A stretch of 64,000 nucleotides of DNA from Candidatus Obscuribacteraceae bacterium (GCA_044226015.1 JBGAHS010000002.1:723434-787433), one strand, 5' to 3'; positions 8,219 to 18,212 are shown, counted from the first letter of the stretch. Made by a program: numbers and translations. Notes: a model not told the origin generated them from the sequence alone.

Positions 8219-9663
8219 TCCTCCCTGGCAGAACCCCCGAAGATGTGCAGGCGCTGAACAACGCAGAGGCTGCGGGTGGGAAGAGTCCGTTCCCATTTAA
8301 TCCAGATGAGCTGCAGGGGAAAGCAGCCGAGCCTGACTCGCACCATGCAAATGTTGAGGAGCGGCGCGGTGATGGATCCGTTTTTCTGAAGGTGAATCAG
8401 CCGCTCGACGATGGACCGCCGCCTGCGGAGAAGTTCATGAAATTCGTCGAGGCTGCCGCCAATAGAAGCCTGGATCCTCAAGCCTGGGGCAATTGGTGCC
8501 AGGCTGAGCTGACGAAATTTGGTGGCATCGGCGAAGGTTTGAATGAGGCGAAGGAGGAGACCAAAGCGGCGGTTGTCGCTGGCGTGAAGGCGCTATTTGA
8601 TGGAACTGTGACGAACTTCTTGGCGCAGCCGAATGCGATCAACTTGCCATTGTTCAAAACCGTTTCGAATGTAGTTGATGCGATGGGAAAGGATCCGAAC
8701 TCTGTGAACCATGCGCTGGAAGCGCTCAGTAATGCCGTGGTAAAGGCGAGCAATGATTACAGCGCGAAAGGACCTGCGGAGCAGGGAAAGGATATCGGCA
8801 AGGCTATGTTCGGCATGGCGAATCTTGAAGGAAGCACTGAAGGGGCTGAAGTCGCTCTGAAAGTCCTCGACCGGGTTGCAACTCACGTCGATAAGACCGT
8901 GTGGAGTGCAATTGACACGACCATGGTTGCGATCAAAGATATGGCTCCCGACCTCGCTGCGCAGACAAAGCAATCGCTGTATGATTACATTAGAGCTAGC
9001 GGAATCACTGGACCAGAGTTGGAAGCTGCGGGTGTCCCACGCGATTATTTTGCAGCGATGAGCGATGCTGCTGGTGGAAAGGAAGAAAATTTTCTCGCCA
9101 TGTCCAAAGCAGAGGGCTCTGATGGTGCTCCAAAGAAAGCTAAACTCAGCGATTCAGCTGGAGAAATTGAATTTCAAATTGATAAATCAACAGGTCGCTT
9201 ACAACGTACTGACATGGGAAAAGTTCGACCACCATACAACTGGGAAGCCATCAATGAGCGCTTTTCTTCGGAGGTGGTTAGGCAAACGACCGACGACTCT
9301 TGCATCTCGGCTGTTGGCGAAATGTTATCGCAGGGAAGGCTGTCGGAGAAAGAATTGATTACTAAGCTTGGCGAAAGACCCGACATTTTTGATCTTCTAG
9401 AGCATCTTGGACCCAACTGGTCGAAGAAAGGAAAATTTAGGTCTCTAGCTGAAATAGGTAAGAATGGACCATGGGGAACTGAATTGATGGAAAATGCCGG
9501 AACTGATCTCGGAAAATCAGTGCATTCTGTTATTGTTGAAGTTATCACTTCCTCAGGTAACGTGGTTATTCACGATCCATGGGAAGGAACTGTATATGAA
9601 ATGACAGAGAAGAATTTTAATAAGGGTTGGACGAGAAGGATTGTGTACAAGACGGAATTGTAG
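8215..9663 (+). CDS. polymorphic-toxin-like protein with C-terminal papain-fold (peptidase C39-like) domain
   Basis: Ala/Gly-rich helical middle region. The tip has VRQTTDDSCISAVGEM (Q..C), VHSVIV (H) and IHDPWEG (D), as in C39/papain-like folds. A small ORF follows immediately. Confidence 0.65.
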   Translation: MILPGRTPEDVQALNNAEAAGGKSPFPFNPDELQGKAAEPDSHHANVEERRGDGSVFLKVNQPLDDGPPPAEKFMKFVEAAANRSLDPQAWGNWCQAELTKFGGIGEGLNEAKEETKAAVVAGVKALFDGTVTNFLAQPNAINLPLFKTVSNVVDAMGKDPNSVNHALEALSNAVVKASNDYSAKGPAEQGKDIGKAMFGMANLEGSTEGAEVALKVLDRVATHVDKTVWSAIDTTMVAIKDMAPDLAAQTKQSLYDYIRASGITGPELEAAGVPRDYFAAMSDAAGGKEENFLAMSKAEGSDGAPKKAKLSDSAGEIEFQIDKSTGRLQRTDMGKVRPPYNWEAINERFSSEVVRQTTDDSCISAVGEMLSQGRLSEKELITKLGERPDIFDLLEHLGPNWSKKGKFRSLAEIGKNGPWGTELMENAGTDLGKSVHSVIVEVITSSGNVVIHDPWEGTVYEMTEKNFNKGWTRRIVYKTEL

Positions 9664-9676
9664 CGAGGTTAGCTTG

Positions 9677-10075
9677 GTGTCGATTATTCCTGATAGATAT
9701 TTAAAACAGCTTATAAATTCCGGTCTTTTTGTTTCGGAACCATTTCCCGAAGGACATGTGTGGGAGCATGGCGTGCGCGTCGGAAAACCAACGGCGGCAA
9801 AAGGCAATCTCATTCCGGGGTATGAAGCTGGGTACGTCACTATGGGAGATGAAGTTGAACCACCTGAGATGGATGCACCATATGTGGTTCTTTTTTCGAA
9901 GGGGAAGGAATGGTTTGTTCGTGCACAGGAATGCATACCGAAGCCCGGGCATGGCGATTTCACAAATGTATGGACGACGGCTGATGAAGCTGTACAAGAT
10001 ATTTTGGATTTCTATTTCGGTGACCCAGCTCGAATGCTTTTGAAAGCAGAACGCAAAATGTCTTCGTCACCCTGA
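9677..10075 (+). CDS. putative cognate immunity protein
   Basis: GAGG RBS and GTG 14 nt after the toxin stop; small cytoplasmic protein; a truncated paralogue follows. Confidence 0.6.
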   Translation: MSIIPDRYLKQLINSGLFVSEPFPEGHVWEHGVRVGKPTAAKGNLIPGYEAGYVTMGDEVEPPEMDAPYVVLFSKGKEWFVRAQECIPKPGHGDFTNVWTTADEAVQDILDFYFGDPARMLLKAERKMSSSP

Positions 10076-10153
10076 GCAAGACTCACAGTCCAATCGGGAA
10101 TAGTGATCAGTCATTCGCAAAAAATTCTAGGATGCGGAGAATTTTCTGAAGTT

Positions 10154-10318
10154 ATGGCATTAATCGAAAAAGAGTATTTAGACCAATTGAGAGCCGCTGG
10201 CTTATTTGTTTCGCCTCCGTATTCTCCAAATCACGGATTTCCGAACGGTTTCTTTGTGGATCTCTCACCGCAATCTCTATTTTCACAAAGGTGGAGAAAC
10301 AGTAGTTTTCCCCTATGA
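10154..10318 (+). pseudogene. truncated paralogue of the immunity gene
   Basis: MALIEKEYLDQLRAAGLFVSPPYSPNHGFPNG aligns with VSIIPDRYLKQLINSGLFVSEPFPEGHVWEHG; similarity stops at ~10250. Confidence 0.65.
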
Positions 10319-10532
10319 AAGCATTAAGGTATCGCTGCCGTTCAACGATATTGTCGATGCAAAAAACGACAGCACGCTTCGTGGTGTATTCCTTGCTGCT
10401 GGTGATGGAAAGCGATTTTTTGTTCCTGTCGATGGTATCACTGATGGTGAATTAGACCTGTTGAAAATCAAACCGATGGTAACTCTGGCGCGTGAGGCAT
10501 TAGGTTTAGTGGTTGAAGTGAAAAACTCCTAG
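10255..10532 (+). pseudogene. 3' fragment of an unrelated small gene (possible orphan immunity remnant)
   Basis: Protein-like open frame (KGGETVVFPYESIKVSLPF...REALGLVVEVKNS) with no convincing start, abutting the previous fragment in another frame. Confidence 0.4.
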
Positions 10533-10926
10533 AAACAATCTTCATCTTATGCGGGACAGCTCCAGGCAAAGCCTCTCTCATGTTAATACTGGAATTATCG
10601 CAATTCTTGCATGACGAACAGCAGCCGTCCCCTGTAGACGAGCTTATAGGAGGCGCTGCAGTTCTTCCTTTTCTCGAATTCCGAAAAGGCGAGCAAGAAA
10701 AGTGAATGCGCGAAGAAGGTGAGCGTATCTGTAGGCACCAATTTAGTGACTACGAGGTGAAAATCTTTTCCGTAGGTGATTGTGCAAATCAGCACGCGAA
10801 TATCAATCTAGAATACCCTGCACCCAAATTGTCTACACAACTACAACTATTCTATCTGTCGCCTTGCACCACTGGTTAAGCGCGTCTCGCACCATCTGAT
10901 CGAATTGTTCATAAAACTCTGGAACT

Positions 10927-11014
10927 CTATATATGCGACTCTAATGAGCAACTGGCGAAATGCCAAGTTATAAAAGTTTCCCCACTCTATTTTTCGTAAA
11001 ACATCACTGATGTT
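10927..11014 (+). repeat. direct repeat copy 2 (right island boundary)
   Basis: Near-identical to 7507-7596. Confidence 0.92.
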
Positions 11015-11057
11015 GCCGGGGTCAATAGATGTACAATAACGTCTCAGCCCCTTCTTC

Positions 11058-13838
11058 ATGATCAAAATGAGTGCAGAGCAAGAACCAAAAATCGGAGAAG
11101 AGCTTGGCAGGTTCAAACTGCTAGCTTTGCTCGGAAGAGGCGCCTCTGGAGACGTATACAAGGCGCATGACGCCCTTATGGACAGAGAGGTCGCGCTCAA
11201 GATTTTGCACAAACATGAGCTTGCCGACCCAATCGCAAGAGCAAGGTTTGAGCGCGAAGGAGTAATCGTCTCATCGCTTTCCCACGAAAACATAGTTCAG
11301 TTTTTCGCGGTAGGAATTTCCAAAAGCGGTTATCCATACATTGCCATGGAATTGCTGGAGGGCAAAACACTCAGAGAAGTATTAGACAGCGAAGGTTCTC
11401 TAAATATAGAACGAGCAATTGATATAGTTAGTAAAGTTACCGAAGCGATTCAATACGCCTTCGATAAGGGTATCCTTCATCGCGACATCAAACCAGAGAA
11501 CATAGTTTTACTTGAATCAGGATTCGGCGAAACAGCTAAACTACTGGACTTCGGCCTGGCGAAAAATCTAACGAGCCATTTAGACGAAACAACGCTAACC
11601 CAAACAGGGCACCTTATCGGAAGCGCATCATACATGGCTCCTGAGCTGGGAAAAGGCGAAAAGCCCGACCACAGGACAGACCTTTACGCTATCGTATCCG
11701 TGTTGTTTGAATGCATTGCAGGGTCGCAGCCATACACTGGTGAGACACCAGCTGCGGTGCTCTATCGGCACGCCAACGAACCAATTCCATCGCTCAGCAA
11801 GCGCGCGCGAAAGACAATCACACCCGAACTCGAATCAGTAATCAAACGCGGTTTGGCAAAAGACGCATCTGAGAGATTCCAGCTTGCAAGTGAATTAAAC
11901 ACCGCCTTGCAAAAGGCTCGCAGTTCACTTACTAGAACGCAAGAAAAAAAGAAACTCCTTCTCCCTATTACAGCTCTTAGCGTATTGGCAGTCGCAGCCA
12001 TGCTAATCACAAACATGACAGTCCATAATGACAAGGCGATTCAAGCAAGCGAAAAAACCATATCACCACTCAAGCTAAGGCAGCTAATTATGGCGTCCTT
12101 ATCGGATAATCCGGCGGAGTTTCCGGCGCAATCAATTGAGCAAGCGCTAAAGCAAGAGCTCACTCCGGTTGAGCGCGGACTGATACTGCGACTCAAAGCA
12201 AGAAACACAAAGAACCCTTCTGCGAGATTGTACTATTACATACGTGCATTTCAGTTTATGGCTTCCGACGAAGCAAATGCACCAATGTACTGCGAGCTAG
12301 ATTGTTTGCGAAACGCCATACAAGGCTGCGGCAATGCAGGTCTCTCAAATGCCCAGAATAGATACTTATATCGCTACATAAACAAGCTTACGAAATGGAT
12401 CAAAGACGGTAAACCAATTCCGGGACAATATAAAGTAGCGACCATTGTTCCTTACAGAACAAACCTGCAAAACGCCAAACTTGAAAAGATTCTAGTACAT
12501 CTATCCAGAGGACAAATTGCTAAAGGTCGTGCTGAATTCGCCCAGATAGAAGGGGGATTAGAGTATGCCCCTAGTGTTTTCTTGAGTCAAATCAGATGGA
12601 AGCTGGGAGAAAAAAAACGGGTTGAAGATTCCATTTATGAAGACCATTGTACAGCAGAATATTTATCCTTTATGTCCGGTTTCTTTAGAGAAAAAGGATT
12701 GAACGAAATGGCACAACGCTGCTCATCCCAGGCAATTGAAAAAACCAAAGACAGTGTAAACGAAGAGGTCTTCCAGACAAGTATTCTTTCATACATAGCA
12801 GAACGAAGATTTGCAGATGCGATAGAGTCTATCAAACAGAGGTGTGCACTCGATTCAAACAATTCGCGAAGCAACTGGCGCGAATACACAAGAAGGCGCT
12901 CTTTTCGCATTGCTGCTCTTGAGTATTGCGGCGACTCAGCTGAAGCAGAAAAGATGCTGAAATCATTCCTCGCTTCCAAAATAGCCGAAAAAGAAGATCA
13001 AGCTATCTTGACTCAGTTTAGTGAGTTGCTCTCAAAGGCTCCTTCGGCTCCACGAGAGCAGTTTCACTACTTACTCAAAACATCCTTAAAGCAAAATGCC
13101 GCCCCCTTGCTGCAGTGGTTTGCCATGAGCCACGCGAAAAATATTTCCAAGACTTTTGTTTTGAGCAAAGACGAGAAATTACCTTTGTGGCTTGCAGAGC
13201 AAATAATAATACGACAATATTGGCTCAGCACTAGAGAAATAGAACTTTGTAAGAGCATTTTGCAAGAAACGAAAAATCCAAAAGACAACAGCTTTAACGC
13301 AGGAAATATCAGGGAGGCAGCACAAATAAGGCTGGCAGAATTGTATTACACCGTAGAAGATCCAGCAAAATGCATCAGAGAACTAGAGAATATTGAAGCA
13401 GCTAGTAATGAAGCCTACGCTTGCAATCGAATCTACGGTCTCGAACTGCAACTCAAACGACAAAAGCAAGCCTCTAGAATCATAGACAGCTGCACCGATT
13501 TCAAGGAACTTTTGCACATGAGCAGGTCTTCTATTGAAAATTCAGAGCAAATACTTGGAGAGAAGTGCCTGAGCAAAGCCAAGTCAATGCTGGGAAAAAA
13601 CGTTTTGAGACAAACTCAGTTCTACACAGAGCAAGCCCTCGCATACCTGGAATTTGACCAGAATAACAAAGTAGAAAGCGCAACCAAATGGATAGATTCA
13701 ATGAAAATTCGCCTGAATCTAACTGCCTTTAACACGACTACAATAAGCGATGCGGCACTAGCCATGCTAATTGCAGACAAGAGAGAGCGAGGCGATGAAA
13801 TCATAAAGATTCTACAAACACGAGACGACAAAAACTAG
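11058..13838 (+). CDS. Hanks-type Ser/Thr kinase with TM helix and large helical (TPR-like) C-terminal region
   Basis: GRGASG, VALK, HRDIKPEN, DFG and APE motifs; TM segment LLLPITALSVLAVAAMLI. Confidence 0.92.
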   Translation: MIKMSAEQEPKIGEELGRFKLLALLGRGASGDVYKAHDALMDREVALKILHKHELADPIARARFEREGVIVSSLSHENIVQFFAVGISKSGYPYIAMELLEGKTLREVLDSEGSLNIERAIDIVSKVTEAIQYAFDKGILHRDIKPENIVLLESGFGETAKLLDFGLAKNLTSHLDETTLTQTGHLIGSASYMAPELGKGEKPDHRTDLYAIVSVLFECIAGSQPYTGETPAAVLYRHANEPIPSLSKRARKTITPELESVIKRGLAKDASERFQLASELNTALQKARSSLTRTQEKKKLLLPITALSVLAVAAMLITNMTVHNDKAIQASEKTISPLKLRQLIMASLSDNPAEFPAQSIEQALKQELTPVERGLILRLKARNTKNPSARLYYYIRAFQFMASDEANAPMYCELDCLRNAIQGCGNAGLSNAQNRYLYRYINKLTKWIKDGKPIPGQYKVATIVPYRTNLQNAKLEKILVHLSRGQIAKGRAEFAQIEGGLEYAPSVFLSQIRWKLGEKKRVEDSIYEDHCTAEYLSFMSGFFREKGLNEMAQRCSSQAIEKTKDSVNEEVFQTSILSYIAERRFADAIESIKQRCALDSNNSRSNWREYTRRRSFRIAALEYCGDSAEAEKMLKSFLASKIAEKEDQAILTQFSELLSKAPSAPREQFHYLLKTSLKQNAAPLLQWFAMSHAKNISKTFVLSKDEKLPLWLAEQIIIRQYWLSTREIELCKSILQETKNPKDNSFNAGNIREAAQIRLAELYYTVEDPAKCIRELENIEAASNEAYACNRIYGLELQLKRQKQASRIIDSCTDFKELLHMSRSSIENSEQILGEKCLSKAKSMLGKNVLRQTQFYTEQALAYLEFDQNNKVESATKWIDSMKIRLNLTAFNTTTISDAALAMLIADKRERGDEIIKILQTRDDKN

Positions 13839-15238
13839 TAATCAAACGGTTCTAGTCGAAGGAAGCGATAAAGGCGCTTTGGCTTTCCGCCAGATTGCTT
13901 AAGTGTGGTTCTATCAGGGCGCTTATGGACCAATTGCAGCTTTAGTTGAGGCAGGTGTTGATTTGCCATGTACGCTGAAATCACAGAAAACGCAGCGCCG
14001 TGACCAAAGTCTTTTGTCACCAGATCGGTCACGTCAATGAATCTGCATTTTTTACCAAGCTCAACATCGAGAGACGGATTTTCATTGAGCCAACGCTTAA
14101 CGTCATTGGGTTCGGTAAAATCATTGAAGGTAAGCAGGTCTCCCGTGTCTGTGGTGAGCTGCGCAATGTAAGACTGACTAAAAACTTTACTTCTTTCGCG
14201 AGTAAACTTGGGTAAATCGATTGGACGACCAAGTCGAGGTTGAGTATGAATAAAGTGCGAGAGAATTAGCGGTTTGTCGCGGTCCGAGACGAAGACATAA
14301 ACCATGTTTGTCACGGCACTTTCAAATATAGATTTCTTTGACTCAAAGCTAAAAAAATCAATGTCAGCGGAACACATGAATATGTTGCGAAAAACTGGTT
14401 CTTTCAAATCAGTTACGCTAAGTCTATTTAGGTACCAGAAAAGCAATCGAGCACCCATGCTGTGGCTGATCACATCTATTTGCGCGTCCGGATTTTTTTC
14501 CTTCAGAATTCTATCGATGACCTGGTCAAAGCAAGGAGAACTCCATTCTACGTCTGCTTCATCGGTACCGTATTCGGTGCGACCACCTACCGACGGCCAG
14601 GTAAACAAAATGGGCAGTAACTTTCGTTGCGGGCTGGTCTCATACTGTTGATAGTCGCCAAAAATCATTGCCGCATCTTCGGCGGCTTCTTCAAAGGGCT
14701 TATCATAACCATGAATATAAATCGCTATAGTGCCGGTCCAATCGTGCACGCGTTTAAAGAAGTCCTCTTCGTCCATTTTAGACACAAAGTTAACTTTGGA
14801 TTTTCTCCAATCGTCAGCGTCAACACGCAAGAGTTTCTTGTATTCTTTTCCTGTTTTTGCTTTTGCGGGGCTGATAAGCCCCTTGGGCTCTGCAATACCA
14901 GCCATACCATATTCGAGCGAACCAGTCCCCTGATCAAGATGCCGCTCGCCACTAAAATCAGGAGATTTATCGCTGCCTGTGTTCAATCTTGTTGTGGCGA
15001 AATAGACCTGCACCATCTTTGCCTTTTCGGGATTCGTTTCCACGGTGGCCGCCAGAGACAACGGCGCAGCAAACAAACCCGAGAGCGAACAAGTCGCGAA
15101 CATAGCAGTCAATTTCTGCCAGAGATGGTTTCTTATAAAAGAGTTTCCGATAAAAAATTCAGAAGGGCGTGTGCGAGAAATCCGCTTTCTGAGCGCTAGC
15201 AGTACGTTCGCAACTGTCCTTATATCTACTCCTCTCAT
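13835..15238 (-). CDS. exported alpha/beta-hydrolase, DUF900 family
   Basis: VYFATTR, IYIHGY, FTWPS, SHSMG, ADID and SDRDKPL motifs; the true start may lie downstream. Confidence 0.85.
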   Translation of the reverse strand: MRGVDIRTVANVLLALRKRISRTRPSEFFIGNSFIRNHLWQKLTAMFATCSLSGLFAAPLSLAATVETNPEKAKMVQVYFATTRLNTGSDKSPDFSGERHLDQGTGSLEYGMAGIAEPKGLISPAKAKTGKEYKKLLRVDADDWRKSKVNFVSKMDEEDFFKRVHDWTGTIAIYIHGYDKPFEEAAEDAAMIFGDYQQYETSPQRKLLPILFTWPSVGGRTEYGTDEADVEWSSPCFDQVIDRILKEKNPDAQIDVISHSMGARLLFWYLNRLSVTDLKEPVFRNIFMCSADIDFFSFESKKSIFESAVTNMVYVFVSDRDKPLILSHFIHTQPRLGRPIDLPKFTRERSKVFSQSYIAQLTTDTGDLLTFNDFTEPNDVKRWLNENPSLDVELGKKCRFIDVTDLVTKDFGHGAAFSVISAYMANQHLPQLKLQLVHKRPDRTTLKQSGGKPKRLYRFLRLEPFDY

Positions 15239-15398
15239 ACCATTTCGAATTCGTATTCCGCTTACATATTCCTACTCTAGCAGACAATTTCAAATTCAAC
15301 CCGACAATCTATATTTCCTCGGCATCTAAAGTAAATACTCGCTGCTAGCTTGAATGTGCGCTACATTCTCTGCCTCGCAATTTTCGCACCTCCGCCAA

Positions 15399-15607
15399 GC
15401 TCAAAGCAAAAGCAGATTGCCTACAGCTCAAAGCAAGCGATGATCGCCTACGGCTCAAAGCAAGCGATGATCGCCTACGGCTCAAAGCAATCGAAGATAG
15501 CTTACAGCTCAATTCAATCGAAGTTCGCATACAGCTCAAAGCGAAAGCAGGACTCAAGCGAAGATCGCTTACGGCTCAATTCAAGCGAAAATTGCTTACG
15601 GCTCAAA
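15399..15607. repeat. 27-bp degenerate tandem repeat, 8 units, overlapping a gene end
   Basis: GCTCAA anchors at 15399, 15426, 15453, 15480, 15507, 15534, 15574 and 15601. The last unit TTACGGCTCAAA is the end of the 15596-16993 gene. Confidence 0.9.
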
Positions 15608-16993
15608 CCTGATGTACCGATACAGAAAAATCGGTTTGCCACCACATTGATCAAGAAACTTCGCATCCGGGCGTTTGTGCACGGGACGACCTCGCAACTG
15701 AGGGAAATCCAAATATCCAGCCATTATTGAGGACACGATGGGCCACGCAAGTGCATGTCCCATGTTCGCAATCGAAAGTTCACTTACATCTAGAAGTCGT
15801 GACTTAGTTCCAAACTCTCTGTCCAGTTGAGGATTTTTATTCAGCCAGGTGGCAACATCTGGTGTGTCTGTAAATGACGGCGCCATCAAAAGTTCCGCAG
15901 CATCTAGTGAGAGCTGTTTCCAAAAATCACCATTCATAAATTTGTCAGTCAAAGAAGTCGGCTTATTATCACTAGTTTTTGCTGTGGAGGAGTTCTGCTG
16001 AGGAGTGGAACTCGGGGGATCCATTGGTCGCCCCAGCCGCGGTGAGCCATGCATGTATTGAGACATGATCAGAGGGCGATCACGATCAGACACGAATATG
16101 TAAACCATTCCAGAAACTGCATTCTCAATCTTCTCCCGGGCAGCTTCTACTGCATGAAAATCAACATCACCAGAACAGAGGAAAAGATTATTCAAAAGTG
16201 GCTTCGACAGCTCGGGATGCTCTTCCGTCAAATAAGAGAAAATAAGTCGATTTCCCATGCTGTGCGCCACAACATCAACCGAGCAATCAGCACTTTTTTC
16301 CTTGATGACACGATCAAGAAGATGATCAAACAGCTGCTGGCTCCATTCAACATTAGCCTCATCTTCCGCATAGCGACTGCGTTCTCCTGAAGACGGCCAA
16401 CTAAAAAGAATGGGCATGAATGACTTGCCTTCTTCAACGAATTGCCCATAATCAGCCGCTAGCATCGCCGTGTCCTGCAATGCCTCATCGAAAGTTTTGT
16501 CATAGCCGTGAATGTAGATGCAAATCTTACCTGAGCATTTCCGCACTTTCTCAATCAAGTCGTCTTCGCTGAAACAACCTATAAAATTGCGCTTCGCTAC
16601 GCGCCAAACATCGGTATCAGCCTTCATCAAATCACGAAATTGCAAACCAGAAAGCGCTCTGTTTGGCGAAATCAAATTTTGCGGGGTTCGTAAGGTCGCG
16701 GTACCGTATTCGAGAGAACCAAAGCCAAGATCGAAGTGTCGGCTTCCGTTATAGCTGGGGTCTGAACGTGAACCCGCGTTGTATCTGCTTGTCGCAAAAT
16801 AAAGTTGAATCGATTTGGGAATCTTGCTAAAAGTTCGAGGACCGCGAGTATCGCCAACCGGCGTCGTTGCGGGCTTGCCGTCCTTGCAGTCTTCATCAGC
16901 TGCAAAAACCCATGCAGTTGTTTGCGAACATATCGCCAACGACATGAGAACGATCAAAAACCTGCATTTCAAAAACGAGAAGAGTCGAGTCAC
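15596..16993 (-). CDS. exported alpha/beta-hydrolase, DUF900 family (paralogue of 13835-15238)
   Basis: Signal peptide, LYFATSR, IYIHGY, FSWPS and AHSMG; colinear similarity to its neighbour. Confidence 0.85.
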   Translation of the reverse strand: MTRLFSFLKCRFLIVLMSLAICSQTTAWVFAADEDCKDGKPATTPVGDTRGPRTFSKIPKSIQLYFATSRYNAGSRSDPSYNGSRHFDLGFGSLEYGTATLRTPQNLISPNRALSGLQFRDLMKADTDVWRVAKRNFIGCFSEDDLIEKVRKCSGKICIYIHGYDKTFDEALQDTAMLAADYGQFVEEGKSFMPILFSWPSSGERSRYAEDEANVEWSQQLFDHLLDRVIKEKSADCSVDVVAHSMGNRLIFSYLTEEHPELSKPLLNNLFLCSGDVDFHAVEAAREKIENAVSGMVYIFVSDRDRPLIMSQYMHGSPRLGRPMDPPSSTPQQNSSTAKTSDNKPTSLTDKFMNGDFWKQLSLDAAELLMAPSFTDTPDVATWLNKNPQLDREFGTKSRLLDVSELSIANMGHALAWPIVSSIMAGYLDFPQLRGRPVHKRPDAKFLDQCGGKPIFLYRYIRFEP

Positions 16994-17040
16994 TCAGTAA
17001 GCCTTCCACACCACATATGACCAGAAGGGCTATTCTACTA

Positions 17041-17073
17041 AAAAACAAAAGCCAGCACCGTGAGATGCTGGCT
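17041..17073 (-). terminator. intrinsic terminator of the coaD operon
   Basis: AGCCAGCA/TGCTGGCT stem followed by a T-run on the minus strand. Confidence 0.65.
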
Positions 17074-17097
17074 AAATACTTTACTTATGCGACCTTT

Positions 17098-17718
17098 TTA
17101 CTCTTCGCGATGTGGAAGCAAGTTAGGTGCAGCACCAGTGTGTCTCTTAACCTGGCCGAGCACTCGTTGACCATTGCGTACAATGTTTTGAGCCTCAGCA
17201 AGGGTTCTGCCCATGTTATTGAGGTCAGTGTCGATGCGTGTTAGAACTTGTTCGGCATAGTGGTCAGCACCTTCGCGAACACGAGCAGCATCTTCCTCTG
17301 CTTCGATACGCAACTTGTCTGCCTCTGCCAGAGCCTCACGTCGCATTTGCTCAACTTCTTGAACAACTTGCTTACGAATTCTGTCTACTTCGGCTTGAAC
17401 TGCTTTGAGCAGCTCAGATTCCTGGACCATATTCTCAGCTTGACGGCGTGCGGTCGAAATGATTTGCTCGGCGCGTCTCTGCGACTCAGCAATGATGTCA
17501 TCACGTTGCTGCAGCACTTCGGTAGCTTCCCTCAGTTCTTCTGGAAGGCGAGCTCTTGCCTTATCGAGAACCTCGAGGAATTGGTCAGCGTTGATAAGTT
17601 TGAACTTCCAAACGCCTGACGCATCCTCAATAAGGTGCTCGAGCAAGTCGAGATGCTTGTAGATGGATGTTTGCTTATATGCAGCTGTATTCGGACTAAT
17701 TGCTACTGTCGTTGTCAT
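17098..17718 (-). CDS. DivIVA-like coiled-coil cell-division protein (Cdv3-like)
   Basis: LDLLEHLIEDA...LPEELREA...GADHYAEQVL; translationally coupled downstream of coaD, as in cyanobacteria. Confidence 0.7.
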   Translation of the reverse strand: MTTTVAISPNTAAYKQTSIYKHLDLLEHLIEDASGVWKFKLINADQFLEVLDKARARLPEELREATEVLQQRDDIIAESQRRAEQIISTARRQAENMVQESELLKAVQAEVDRIRKQVVQEVEQMRREALAEADKLRIEAEEDAARVREGADHYAEQVLTRIDTDLNNMGRTLAEAQNIVRNGQRVLGQVKRHTGAAPNLLPHREE

Positions 17719-18212
17719 TACTCAGCGCCCCTGCTGAAGTTGAAGTGCTTCTTCAAATAGGAATTGACTGCGGTCGGTACGAATTGCGAAACGTCTCCGC
17801 CTAATCTAGCGATTTCCTTTACGGTTGACGAGCTTATAAAAGAATACTCGGGTTTTGTCATGAGAAAAATAGTTTCTAGTTCAGGAAGCAACTGTTTATT
17901 GGTTTGAGCCATGCCCAGTTCTGCCTCGTAGTCTGATACTGCCCTAAGTCCTCGGATAATGACAGAAATCTGATTATTCTTCGCAAAGTCTACTGTCAGA
18001 CCTTGAAAGGTATCCACCGCCACATTTGGAATGTCTCTCACCACCTCTCTAATGAGCTCAGAGCGCATTTCGATTGGTAGAAGAGGAGACTTTCCGGGAT
18101 TAGCCACCACCGCCATTATGACTTCATCTACGAGTTTGCTAGCTCTTCGGATGATGTCTAGATGTCCAAGCGTCATCGGATCGAAGGATCCTGGGTATAC
18201 GGCTCGAATCAC
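17718..18212 (-). CDS. coaD: pantetheine-phosphate adenylyltransferase
   Basis: AVYPGSFDPMTLGHLDII, IIRGLRAVSDYE and ISSSTVKE motifs; likely GTG start at 18212 with an AGGA RBS. Confidence 0.97.
   Translation of the reverse strand: MIRAVYPGSFDPMTLGHLDIIRRASKLVDEVIMAVVANPGKSPLLPIEMRSELIREVVRDIPNVAVDTFQGLTVDFAKNNQISVIIRGLRAVSDYEAELGMAQTNKQLLPELETIFLMTKPEYSFISSSTVKEIARLGGDVSQFVPTAVNSYLKKHFNFSRGAE

Larger units (their letters stand above)
7507..11014. mobile_element. putative inserted toxin-immunity island flanked by direct repeats; no integrase visible
   Basis: ~90-bp direct repeats 3420 bp apart enclose toxin, immunity and fragment ORFs. The interior looks more G-rich on + than its flanks (judged by eye). 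Confidence 0.6.

Noticed and set aside
15345..15730. ORFs translated from repeat arrays (also 18780-19217, 23104-23557, 25693-26063, 33998-34383, 40153-40382)
   Set aside because: They are by-products of stop-free tandem units, are open on both strands and lack RBS or family motifs.
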